Virus record (IMG/VR): IMGVR_UViG_3300006752_000009
Length of the DNA: 64,000 bases
DNA from: a virus
Lineage: Duplodnaviria > Caudoviricetes
Strand: one strand, 5' to 3'
Notes under the pieces: model-generated
The model's input: the letters and a program-made list of their open reading frames with translations, nothing else
Database searches by the model: none
Told to the model about the DNA's origin: nothing
Position numbers and translations under genes: made by a program
In this document: positions 8,140 to 17,200 of the stretch, piece after piece
Layout of the letters: each line of letters opens with the position of its first letter
How positions within the stretch are numbered: the first letter of the stretch is position 1

Positions 8140-8712
8140 TCCAAACTTTTTCCTCGACACAGGGAGAAATCCAAATCCAGGTGAGATTGAATCACCAGTT
8201 GAGATTTGGTTGCCGACCTCATCAATCTTCATGTTGAAGGTAGCTTTCTCCACAGTTCCTGGAGAGAATGTGGCAACTTCTTCAATATGGTCAGCCCATG
8301 CGAGTAGATACCGACTGCCCTCAAAGGGTTCACCTTTAAAATCGGTTCGTAGTCCATAAGCGAACACAGGGATTTCTAGTTCATCGACAATCTTTGTCAG
8401 ACCGAGAACTTGTTCACGATTAAAGAACTGAGCTTCGTCAACAAAGACAACTTGGATGCCCTCAGAACCGACATCTTTCCTAAAGATCACCTCTTGCATA
8501 ATAATGCTGAAGGGATCTTCACCTGTTCCGACAGTGGTAGCTTTTTGTTCAAATCCGATCCTTGATGCGACCTTTGATTTTCCATCTCGACCTTGTGCCA
8601 CTTCGGGTACAAGGATGCGAAACTCGATTTCTCTCTCTTTACAGGAATGTGCCCTCATAATGAGATTTGCAGACTTTCCTGCATTGACTGTGGAGTAGAT
8701 AAAATTCAACAA
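8131..8712 (-). CDS. tdk: Thymidine kinase (type II)
   Basis: P-loop YSTVNAGKS, Walker B VFVDEAQF, YGLRTDFKGEPFEGSRYLLAWAD. Confidence 0.95.
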   Translation of the reverse strand: MLNFIYSTVNAGKSANLIMRAHSCKEREIEFRILVPEVAQGRDGKSKVASRIGFEQKATTVGTGEDPFSIIMQEVIFRKDVGSEGIQVVFVDEAQFFNREQVLGLTKIVDELEIPVFAYGLRTDFKGEPFEGSRYLLAWADHIEEVATFSPGTVEKATFNMKIDEVGNQISTGDSISPGFGFLPVSRKKFGLN

Positions 8713-9311
8713 AGTAGTAAGTCCTCTCGTTCAAGTAAGTAAGCGACCTTTTCACGCACCTGCTTAACATACTTATTAACGAGTCTGATCTCCCAACCGT
8801 ACTCACGACTGATATGGGCTTTCTTTAATCCGTTCATAAGGGCATCATACACTTTGAGCAAAACTCCAGAAAAGTTAGCTCGGATTTCTTGTAAGAAGAT
8901 TGCGTCTGAGGGGTCTTCCTCATAAGACGCATTATATGAACAAGCCACATCATCTTCCACACCAGTTACAAATCTATCGCTCGTCCGATTAAACTTGTTC
9001 ATATAGTTCATTGTGATGCAATCAACGACCATAACAATGTAGGTAGACATCGCTGACTTTTCTGGATCATAGGGGCATGAGCCTCTATTTCGGATGAGTA
9101 ATCCTTTGTAGACCTCTTGTAACACCTCTTCAGTATTAACACCTGTTTTCATCAACTTCTGTCCTTGTCTTTTATAGAACAGATTTTTGATGTCCTCCTT
9201 GTGCTTTTCTACATCAATGCCTAGCGTCTTCACTTTGAAAGTATAAGAAAAAATAGTCGGTAAACCCTCTTGCCACTTAAATTTTGGCGAGAGGTCAGTA
9301 TAATCATACAT
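8706..9311 (-). CDS. ECF-type RNA polymerase sigma factor-like protein
   Basis: Region 2: TEEVLQEVYKGLL...YDPEKSAMSTYIVMVV..ITMNYMNK; region 4 HTH: GLKKAHISREYGWEIRLVNKYVKQVREKV. Confidence 0.75.
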   Translation of the reverse strand: MYDYTDLSPKFKWQEGLPTIFSYTFKVKTLGIDVEKHKEDIKNLFYKRQGQKLMKTGVNTEEVLQEVYKGLLIRNRGSCPYDPEKSAMSTYIVMVVDCITMNYMNKFNRTSDRFVTGVEDDVACSYNASYEEDPSDAIFLQEIRANFSGVLLKVYDALMNGLKKAHISREYGWEIRLVNKYVKQVREKVAYLLEREDLLLC

Positions 9312-9369
9312 TAAACCCCCTTTGCGTTTGGTTGGTTGATGTATTCTTCATGCAGAAAGGTTGTTGTCA

Positions 9370-10356
9370 ATGAAAAAGACATCTCAAATAGAAATACTAC
9401 ATTGGGCTAAGTCTAAGCACAATGTAGACACTAAATATATACATAAATCTCTATCTGACAAGGATTTTAATAGCCTTTGCTTACTTTTGCAGAAAAATAG
9501 GTACATTGGCTCGATAGTAGATACCAAAGAGATGGTAAGTGAATACATCAAAGAACATGGCATACAGTACATACCTCAATCCTTTAAAGGGGTAGATGTA
9601 GACCTAAACTTTTTCTTTAACACCCACCCTCTTCAAGAAGATGATTCGATTGAAGTCGATCTGTACCATATACTTTTACATTCATGGTGCAAGCCAAGCA
9701 GAACGAACTACAGGATACTTAAGAAGCATCTTAAAGAGTTAGGGTACGATCTAAAGACTTCATTTCCAACCTACTCTATCCGCACAGAAAACTGTGTCGT
9801 GTATCTTAAAGCCAACTACCCTCTAAGTTTGCCAAAGACTTTGGTAAGAAATACCAAAGCTATCAAATGGTATACCGAGATACATAGTTGGCTATATTTG
9901 GACACACCTAAAATCGAGTTAAAGGGCGAACTTTATACTTTGAGGGGCTTGGGAGATCGTTGGGAAGCCTACTTTACGAAGCGTTTTATAGATCTTTTTG
10001 TTATGTCGGAAGCACCTTACCTACATAAGCACCCTCAAGTGAGAGGTGCTTATGAGAACGCACCTCCTGTATTAGCTTTGTGTGAGCTGACACTTCGAGA
10101 TGTATTTAAGCCGACCAAGTTAAAGGACTGGATAGATACAGCTCTAAGGACTTCTTACCTTGAGACATACGGTAAGGAGTCTGAAGTGGACGAGATCTTT
10201 TTGGACACAGTTTATGAGGAGGTTTGTGGCAAACTCTCCAAGACTATGATAAAAGGCAACCCGATTAAAAGTTTTGATGTCGTTGGGGGTTGGATTTCTA
10301 TAATAGTGATTGCTTACCTCAATGACATTTTGAAGGAATACCGATCACTACTATAA
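9370..10356 (+). CDS. Hypothetical protein
   Basis: About 328 aa open frame; no recognisable motif. Confidence 0.7.
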   Translation: MKKTSQIEILHWAKSKHNVDTKYIHKSLSDKDFNSLCLLLQKNRYIGSIVDTKEMVSEYIKEHGIQYIPQSFKGVDVDLNFFFNTHPLQEDDSIEVDLYHILLHSWCKPSRTNYRILKKHLKELGYDLKTSFPTYSIRTENCVVYLKANYPLSLPKTLVRNTKAIKWYTEIHSWLYLDTPKIELKGELYTLRGLGDRWEAYFTKRFIDLFVMSEAPYLHKHPQVRGAYENAPPVLALCELTLRDVFKPTKLKDWIDTALRTSYLETYGKESEVDEIFLDTVYEEVCGKLSKTMIKGNPIKSFDVVGGWISIIVIAYLNDILKEYRSLL

Positions 10357-10364
10357 GGACCAAG

Positions 10365-11162
10365 ATGAATTTACTGATAATTTTAGGACTCTCTTTTCAA
10401 TGTATGGTGAACCATATGTCTTATGCTTCATCCGTACACATTAGACCAGGTTGGGAGATGGTTGTTTCAAGACCTACCTCCGAGAGACAACTGAAGCGAT
10501 TTTTAAGAGAACTGACAAAAGATGATGCAGATTATGTTGACCCACGCATCCTAGCATTATCTTGGATTGAGTCTCGTATCAGACCAAGAGTACGCAGGGG
10601 TGATCGTGGCAAAGCCTGCGGTATGTTCCAAATCCATGCTCGTTATTCTTACCCTCTGTTTAGGAGGAGGAGAGGCTTCAATGGATGGGTCGAGGAAGAA
10701 CAACAAGAAGAAATCGGTCGTGAATGTAGACGACTAGAGTCTATAAGGTACTCTGTAAATACTATGGGGAGACTCTTAAGTATGATGGACAAGAGAGATT
10801 TGCACCCTTGTCATCATAACAGTGGCTTCTATGGTCGATGTAATACATGGTATAGACAACGAGTCGATTATTGGACTGCTTACTTTGAGATCGCCAACTT
10901 CATGTGCAATGAAAGGACAATAGAGATTATGGCTATGATGAGAACAGGAAACCCTATACCCACAGCACCAGCTACGATGATGCAAGGCTATCTTGATGCT
11001 ATGGGAGGTAGAGAACCACAAAACGAAGATGACCCTACTTATAAGGCAGGATACGACCTCGCAAAGCTCGTTCAAGAAGGTAAGGCACAAGCACCCTCTT
11101 GGGCGACTGAAAGCTCAAATAATACCTCGACAGCAAGCGAGGAAACTGAGCGTGAAGGATGA
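10365..11162 (+). CDS. Lytic transglycosylase (SLT-like) with N-terminal signal/anchor
   Basis: MNLLIILGLSF; SWIESRI (E-S); GKACGMFQI (GAxGLMQI-like). Confidence 0.75.
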   Translation: MNLLIILGLSFQCMVNHMSYASSVHIRPGWEMVVSRPTSERQLKRFLRELTKDDADYVDPRILALSWIESRIRPRVRRGDRGKACGMFQIHARYSYPLFRRRRGFNGWVEEEQQEEIGRECRRLESIRYSVNTMGRLLSMMDKRDLHPCHHNSGFYGRCNTWYRQRVDYWTAYFEIANFMCNERTIEIMAMMRTGNPIPTAPATMMQGYLDAMGGREPQNEDDPTYKAGYDLAKLVQEGKAQAPSWATESSNNTSTASEETEREG

Positions 11163-11823
11163 TTGGATAAGGCAGGGGTTAATAGGGGCGAACCCTATAC
11201 ACCTACCTTATCTCGTATCAAGAGGGGTGAGCGAAGGTTGTCGGGTATATTTCTATTCTTGGCAACCTCACCCCAATGTTCAATGTCCTAAGTTCAAGGC
11301 TAACTTCGGACAATCGGGTGAGCGTATCAGAGACTCACTCATCATCCCTATCACATCACCTCGTGGAGAAATCATAGGGATGGAGACTCGTCAGATCAAA
11401 GAAGATGGTTCTAAACGAGTTCATCAATACCGAACCCTTAATGCTCAATGGAATCCCTACGCACTTGGTGCAGAAGAAGGATTTAAAGCTCTGTGGGATC
11501 AAGGAGACTTATGGGTAGTCGAGGGGATCTTCGACAAGGTAGCTCTTGATAAGGTCATACCTAGATGTGATGCAGTCATCTGCACTTTAAGAGCAGGTAT
11601 GGACGCTAACACTATGGACATGATAGAGCGTTTCTACACACCTGCTTCAACTATATACATCTGTTATGATAATGATGAGACAGGTCAGAAGAAATCATAT
11701 TGGCTTCAGCGTGAGATGAAGAAGCGAGGTATGAGAGCCGTTGTGTGGAAGTATCGAGGGAAAGACCCTAACGATGTGTGGACACAAGGAGGAGATCAAG
11801 CTCTAAGGAAGATGTTCCTTTAA
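11152..11823 (+). CDS. DnaG-type primase catalytic core (Toprim), no zinc-binding domain
   Basis: Likely GTG start at 11152; YLVSRG, LIIPITSPRGEIIGMETR, VVEGIFD, CYDNDETG, KDPND. Confidence 0.85.
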   Translation: MKDDWIRQGLIGANPIHLPYLVSRGVSEGCRVYFYSWQPHPNVQCPKFKANFGQSGERIRDSLIIPITSPRGEIIGMETRQIKEDGSKRVHQYRTLNAQWNPYALGAEEGFKALWDQGDLWVVEGIFDKVALDKVIPRCDAVICTLRAGMDANTMDMIERFYTPASTIYICYDNDETGQKKSYWLQREMKKRGMRAVVWKYRGKDPNDVWTQGGDQALRKMFL

Positions 11824-12248
11824 CTTGATCTCCAAGCCGTTCTGATAAAATTAGGTAGCTTGAACCAATGCTCGCTATTAGGTTGACGATTGATCTTAGC
11901 TTGACTGATGATAGTTTTAAACCCATTTACTTCGCCCATGATGCGTATCTCATACCCTTGTTCATGGACGAAAGCAAAGGTATGACCAGGAGTGGGAGTC
12001 GCATAGGGGCAACCGTCCCAACCATGAGAACCTGTAGGGCATGGTACAGATATAATAATCTTACGAGAGTCGATATGGGTAAATAAGATAGGGCTATCCC
12101 ATCTAGTTTTGCCACACCCGAAGGTCATCTCTCCAAGCATATCCATGAGGATAGCATCTTTGCAATCCACAGGTGCGTTTTTAAAGTCATTTTTAGCTGT
12201 GGCTGTAAATTTAGTGTGTCCATGTTCGTCTTTAATCAAGTAGCTCAT
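11820..12248 (-). CDS. Hypothetical protein
   Basis: Start moved to ATG 12248 (AAGGAGAACAAT-ATG); 142 aa. Confidence 0.7.
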   Translation of the reverse strand: MSYLIKDEHGHTKFTATAKNDFKNAPVDCKDAILMDMLGEMTFGCGKTRWDSPILFTHIDSRKIIISVPCPTGSHGWDGCPYATPTPGHTFAFVHEQGYEIRIMGEVNGFKTIISQAKINRQPNSEHWFKLPNFIRTAWRSS

Positions 12249-12265
12249 ATTGTTCTCCTTGTTCT

Positions 12266-12281
12266 GTAACCCCTTATTTAT
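12266..12281 (+). promoter_or_regulatory. Class-1 promoter GTAACCCCTTATTTAT
   Basis: 25 nt upstream of ATG 12307, in a divergent intergenic region. Confidence 0.75.
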
Positions 12282-12306
12282 ATGATACAGAGCAAAGGAG
12301 AACAAT

Positions 12307-12552
12307 ATGAACAAGGTCTTTAACGGATCTATAATAGATCTCGCACAATCAATCCCCGACCACGAGGTACGAGGCAAACTCATCGGAGAGTCTTTTGACT
12401 TTGAACTGATCGAGTATGGTACTCGTGAACCTCGATACAGTCTTAGCAAGGAGTGGTTTGGAGGGCGACAGGAGGTCGCCCGATGGGTGCAACTTTTGCC
12501 GAACACATGGGAGAGTCGAGAGATCCCTCAGAAATGGGATTGGGTAGATTAG
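12307..12552 (+). CDS. Hypothetical protein
   Basis: 81 aa, SD AAAGGAG, Trp-rich C-terminus. Confidence 0.7.
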   Translation: MNKVFNGSIIDLAQSIPDHEVRGKLIGESFDFELIEYGTREPRYSLSKEWFGGRQEVARWVQLLPNTWESREIPQKWDWVD

Positions 12553-12594
12553 CGAGTAGACTTGATAGCAAAGTATAAGATACTACAAAAGAGC

Positions 12595-12640
12595 AAGACC
12601 CCGATGATAAAGAGTCCTAAGCTCTCGTTGGGGTTTTCTT
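12595..12640 (+). terminator. Rho-independent terminator
   Basis: AAGACCCCGATGA...TCGTTGGGGTTTTCTT: 13-bp stem with G-U pairs and a U-rich tail, between convergent genes. Confidence 0.7.
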
Positions 12641-12666
12641 CGAGGTATTTCCACCCCATGTAGTAT

Positions 12667-13047
12667 CTAAACATTCTCGCCACCTAGAGGGTATTTCCTC
12701 CAAGCAAATCTAGTGCGAGTTTCAAGGTAATCTTCATAGTCATCACAATGCCATGCTTCCTGTTCAAATCGGATAGCGAGATATGAGTCTCTTGTGAACC
12801 CTTTTCGCTTGATGATAGCGGCGTAGAGGTAGTCATATAGGTAGATGACTAAAAATCCGATGAACAGAAGCTCGATGTACTGCTGATAGTGGATAGTCTC
12901 GTGCCTTTTTGTTTTCTCTGAGATAACACCCCTTGAGAAAACTAAAGGCCCTAGTGTGATAGCAGAGATCTCGATTGGTGCTAACTTTGAGAGCCAAACA
13001 GGTACTTTTGAGTTCTCAAAGAAGAATGGTTTTGCGTTCTTGAACAT
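12667..13047 (-). CDS. HExxH-motif protein (putative metallopeptidase-like)
   Basis: AITLGPLVF...RHETIHYQQ, hydrophobic helix, IRFEQEAW; start moved to ATG 13047. Confidence 0.6.
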   Translation of the reverse strand: MFKNAKPFFFENSKVPVWLSKLAPIEISAITLGPLVFSRGVISEKTKRHETIHYQQYIELLFIGFLVIYLYDYLYAAIIKRKGFTRDSYLAIRFEQEAWHCDDYEDYLETRTRFAWRKYPLGGENV

Positions 13048-13124
13048 GGCTTTTTTCCTGTGTCTGAGGTTAATCATATATGTATGGGTGTATTTAACTT
13101 TTACAAATGACAAAAGGAGGGATT

Positions 13125-13952
13125 ATGTCACAGAAATCAAAGATCGACCTTGAAGCCATCGCTAAACAAGTTATCGGAGAGGTCAAACAACTTGAGGATC
13201 AAAGAGCAAAGCACCGAGAAATGATCAACGACCACCTTAATAAAGTTCAGACTGCTTTGAGGTCAAAGTCCAAAAAAGAGATCCGTCTTTGGTTATATGA
13301 ATACAAAAAGTTAGTCAAAGGCATAGCGAGAGAAGTAAACCCTAAAATGCTTCTAGGGTTTACAGAATGGGAACTAGCCGAGACTTATCCAGAGATGAAG
13401 TTCTTGATTGGGGATGCCTCATATCTTTCAAAGTTGGTAGATATGTGGGATGGTATTTATTATGATGGGAACACTGAATGGTTCAAAGCAGTATTGCCCT
13501 TTTACCATCGCATTCTAGTGGAATACTATTCCTCATTTTTTGAGCGATATGGTGAGGGTAGGTATTTGATTAGATTTAAAAAGTGGGGTAAAGCTCAGTC
13601 AATGTATGATCAGTATGATTATCTTACCTTAAACAAAGGGCTAGAACACATGGCAGAGTTTTTAGACGAAAGGGCATTTCAAGAAGTGCATGAATGTCGA
13701 GACTATAAATGGGAGTGGGAGATTGGTACACACCATTATCAAAAACTACAACATGAGGTTTTGAGGCTTACTAACATCAAAAGACCCGACCCACTTAAAA
13801 GGTTTTGTAAAAATTTACGAGAGGCTTATAACCCTTATACCTTTTTGGATGGTATAGATGATCTACGCACTATCTTAAAGGAGATGAAAGATCATGGGGC
13901 GACCAAAGAAGAACAAGAAGGCAGAAATCAGAGCGAAGAGAAAAGCTCGTAA
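13125..13952 (+). CDS. Hypothetical helical protein
   Basis: SD AAGGAGG; N-terminal coiled coil. Confidence 0.7.
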   Translation: MSQKSKIDLEAIAKQVIGEVKQLEDQRAKHREMINDHLNKVQTALRSKSKKEIRLWLYEYKKLVKGIAREVNPKMLLGFTEWELAETYPEMKFLIGDASYLSKLVDMWDGIYYDGNTEWFKAVLPFYHRILVEYYSSFFERYGEGRYLIRFKKWGKAQSMYDQYDYLTLNKGLEHMAEFLDERAFQEVHECRDYKWEWEIGTHHYQKLQHEVLRLTNIKRPDPLKRFCKNLREAYNPYTFLDGIDDLRTILKEMKDHGATKEEQEGRNQSEEKSS

Positions 13953-14151
13953 AGCGAATGAGCGTATCGCAGATTTGAAGCGTAGAGAGAAGATGATTAA
14001 GTCGTATCTTAAAGTCATCGCTGAGAACGCTCAAACCTTACAAAAACTCGCAGACTCGGAAGCCGAAGAATCTACCACCGAAGAAGCTACTGATCTTGAC
14101 GAGCCTTCTTCTTCTCAAGACGATCAAAGTAGCCAATCGACTTCCGAATAG
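13894..14151 (+). CDS. Small basic/acidic bipartite protein
   Basis: MGRPKKNKKAEIRAKRKARK followed by a Ser/Glu-rich tail. Confidence 0.55.
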   Translation: MGRPKKNKKAEIRAKRKARKANERIADLKRREKMIKSYLKVIAENAQTLQKLADSEAEESTTEEATDLDEPSSSQDDQSSQSTSE

Positions 14152-14275
14152 TGTAGAGGCATTTGGCACACATACCAGTACCATCTTGCCAATTTAATCC
14201 CCAACCTCTAGTGCTTTCGGGGAGTTCATGTCCACAGCAAGTACAGTGTCCTTCAACACGCTTGTCCTTAGCCAT
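14087..14275 (-). CDS. Small zinc-finger protein
   Basis: CTCC...CAKC in 62 aa; last gene of the virion operon. Confidence 0.55.
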   Translation of the reverse strand: MAKDKRVEGHCTCCGHELPESTRGWGLNWQDGTGMCAKCLYTIRKSIGYFDRLEKKKARQDQ

Positions 14276-14286
14276 GACATAATACT

Positions 14287-17200
14287 TTAGTTGCTAGAGT
14301 TATACGGAGCAGGTACTACACTTAGGTTAGAGGCTTGGCTGTAGACCTTAACTAAAGGCTTACCTTTGATCCTAAAACGATCAGCAGAAGCTAGTCCTTC
14401 TCCATATCCCGATGGGGAAATGTCTCCACCAAGTGTGATTGATGATGTTCCTCCATCTACTGCATGAGTAACAACAACGAGTTGAAGCTCACTCCCATAG
14501 CTCTTAGGGTTTGAGAGTCTATCTTCTTCATAGTTGTTTGATACGAGTAATGCTCTACCGACCAAAGCACTTCCCTTCAATACAGGTTGTAAGGACTCAT
14601 TGAATGAAGTCGCAAGGAAGCTCAAAGGACCTCCTGGTACATTGCCACCTGCATTGAACACAGCCCCACCACCTCGTGCTATGGTGTATTTAGGGTCAGC
14701 GGCTGGAGTTGAACCATTGAAGATCTTTCCATCATTCATTTGGATAGTATCTCCACTGACACCTAGAGCGATAGTATATGGAATACCATCGGGGCTTACA
14801 GGTACAGGATTAGAAATCGTAGTGTATGACCCCGAAGATGAGAACAGGTAGCTAGAACTATTGTTTAAGATGTCCTCACACACAAAGTCCGAGTCTCTTA
14901 CGAGTGATCCAATGGGTAATCTTGATGTAATCCCTGTTAAGGAGATCGGGGTATTACCATTACCTGCGTTGATCTTTGGTGCATTTCTCTTTGAGAAATG
15001 CACACGACTCATGCTTCGAGAGTTGAGTCTGTCTTCAAAGTTGAAACGGAAAGGATTTATTTGAAACCACATCTCGAAGCTCATGGGTGATTCTCTAAGA
15101 CCCTCAAAGATTTGAATGTCTTGACCATTCCTCAAGTCTTTCCAATCAACCTCTAACTCAAAGGTATCTGTTGGATTAGGTGCTTGGATTAAAACACCTA
15201 AATAGGTTTGATTGATCGTAGCGTTCTGTCTGATCTCACCTCTGATTTGGAAGCAGTTATATCCTAATCCTTGAAGCCACTCCATAGCATAAGATACTTG
15301 AGTTTCAAGAATCCGACCATCTCCGTTATCAGATAAGGTATGCGTATCTACAAGACTATTATTTTTATAGAGTTTAAGGTCTACAATTGTCCGAACGACA
15401 GTTTCAGCTTGCTCGAATAGGAATAGGCTCGCCCAACCTCCCCTTAGAGATGACTCTTCTGTAAAGGTAGATGTCTTTAAAGTGATATAACTAAAACCAT
15501 CTGCCAATAACGCAGTAGGATCTCGATTGATTGGGAATGGGGTGTGACCAACATCAGTAATTGTTGTCGGGTAAACCACACCACCAATCTTACCTGTTCC
15601 GAGTGTAGTGTAGAAATCAATACTTGCGAGAACTTCGAGATTACGCTCGTTGGTGTTTGAGAGGTTGACTGGTTGTACTTTAGTACCTAGCCTTAACTTA
15701 TTTAAACTCTTTCGACCTTGAGGTACTGTTTGGTCAGATTGTCCGAGAGTACCTAAAGGGTCGCCTTGATATGGAGTACGCTTGTAAGAAACAGTTATGT
15801 GAGATCCGATAGGAGGGGCGAAAGGAATAACTGTCGATACAACTGCTTTCTGTTCATCTGTCGCAAGCAAAGCAGACCCCGAACCATTATGCTTTCTAGG
15901 TAGTACATAACGGTTGTGTGAGATGAAACCATCGGCAAACATGAACACTACAGCTTCAACGACATAGTTAAAGCTAGTAAAGACAGAACCCTCAGACCAA
16001 ATATCTTGTTGAGGGTTGTTTGGGTCTTTTAGACCCTCTAATCTGGAGATGTCGATAGCGTGTTCGGTGATCATATAGGTATGTGCGTGTAAATAATCAG
16101 TGTTAGACTGACCGTCCACACCATTAACTAGCTCTTTACCTCCATTTTGTCGAATATACATTGTGAATGCAGAGGTATCTGTTCTAAGTAGGTTAGGGCA
16201 GTTTCCATTTGTCACATTGTTCGCAACATCTACTCGATTAACTGCGTGTCCTGCAAGTTGGTTTTGGTTAGTCAGATGAGTCGCAAATAGATCTCTCTCA
16301 TAAACACCATAGACTCGAACGATGCCATAGTAAGGTGGAAGCTCAATACCATTAAGCGTAGATCCGAAGTCGCTTGAAGGCACATCGGTAAATGTTGTTC
16401 TTCTAGCACCAATACCAATCTTGCTGTTTATGGTGTTGATTGCTTGTCTTTGACCCCATGCAGTATTTGGATCTCCTGTTACAAAGAGTACATTATTAGT
16501 TCCTGGACTACCACCATTATCAAGACCCCCGATGATGTTAAATACTTGATCAGACTGTGATAGTGGTTTATCTATAAAGATGTGGTTTAGACCATTTCTA
16601 AACTGATCTTCTGTTCCTGTATAGGTGTGTAATGGGATGTCTTGTCTGCCGAAGCGAGGCATGATTGCTTCGGGTAGGACAAAGGCCGCGTTCTTGGTTG
16701 GGAGGAACATCTCATCTGCTTCAAGGTCTACATCAATGTTTGTGTTGTTCCAATGCTCTGGAACAAGAGATGTCTTTGTTTGTGTAACTACACCATTTGC
16801 AGTGAGGTTATTTGCAGTCGCTTTGTTGATGATGACAGTTTTATTTTGGAAAGGTCGAAGAACGACTGTCTTGCTGTTTTCATCTGTAAATGCTTCTGCT
16901 TCACGATCTGCTTCCTCGTTGATGATCCGACCACCCATTTGACTAGGTTGTGCAACACCGATAGGGAGATTTGATGATGGCAGTCTATTCCAAAGGGAAA
17001 CATGGTTCTTCGTTGGTAAATCAATCTCGTTTCCTACGAGGGGTAGGTTAGAGAAATCATTCCCATGTAGGACAGACTTAGAGTTATTAAGGAACTCGCC
17101 TGTAGAGATGTCGGGAATTAAACCGATTTTGTGGATGTCATCAGCAACATTAGCTGTACCACCTGTTGCAGAAGGGTATAGGACAGAGACACCAAGCTGG

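Noticed and set aside
10993-11151. Extended primase N-terminus given by the ORF track
   Set aside because: It overlaps the SLT gene by 170 nt and has no zinc motif. GTG 11152 with an upstream GAGGA is the more plausible start.
14087-14151. 65-nt convergent overlap between 13894..14151 and 14087..14275
   Set aside because: It involves a low-complexity Ser/Glu tail; such tail overlaps are common in compact phage genomes.
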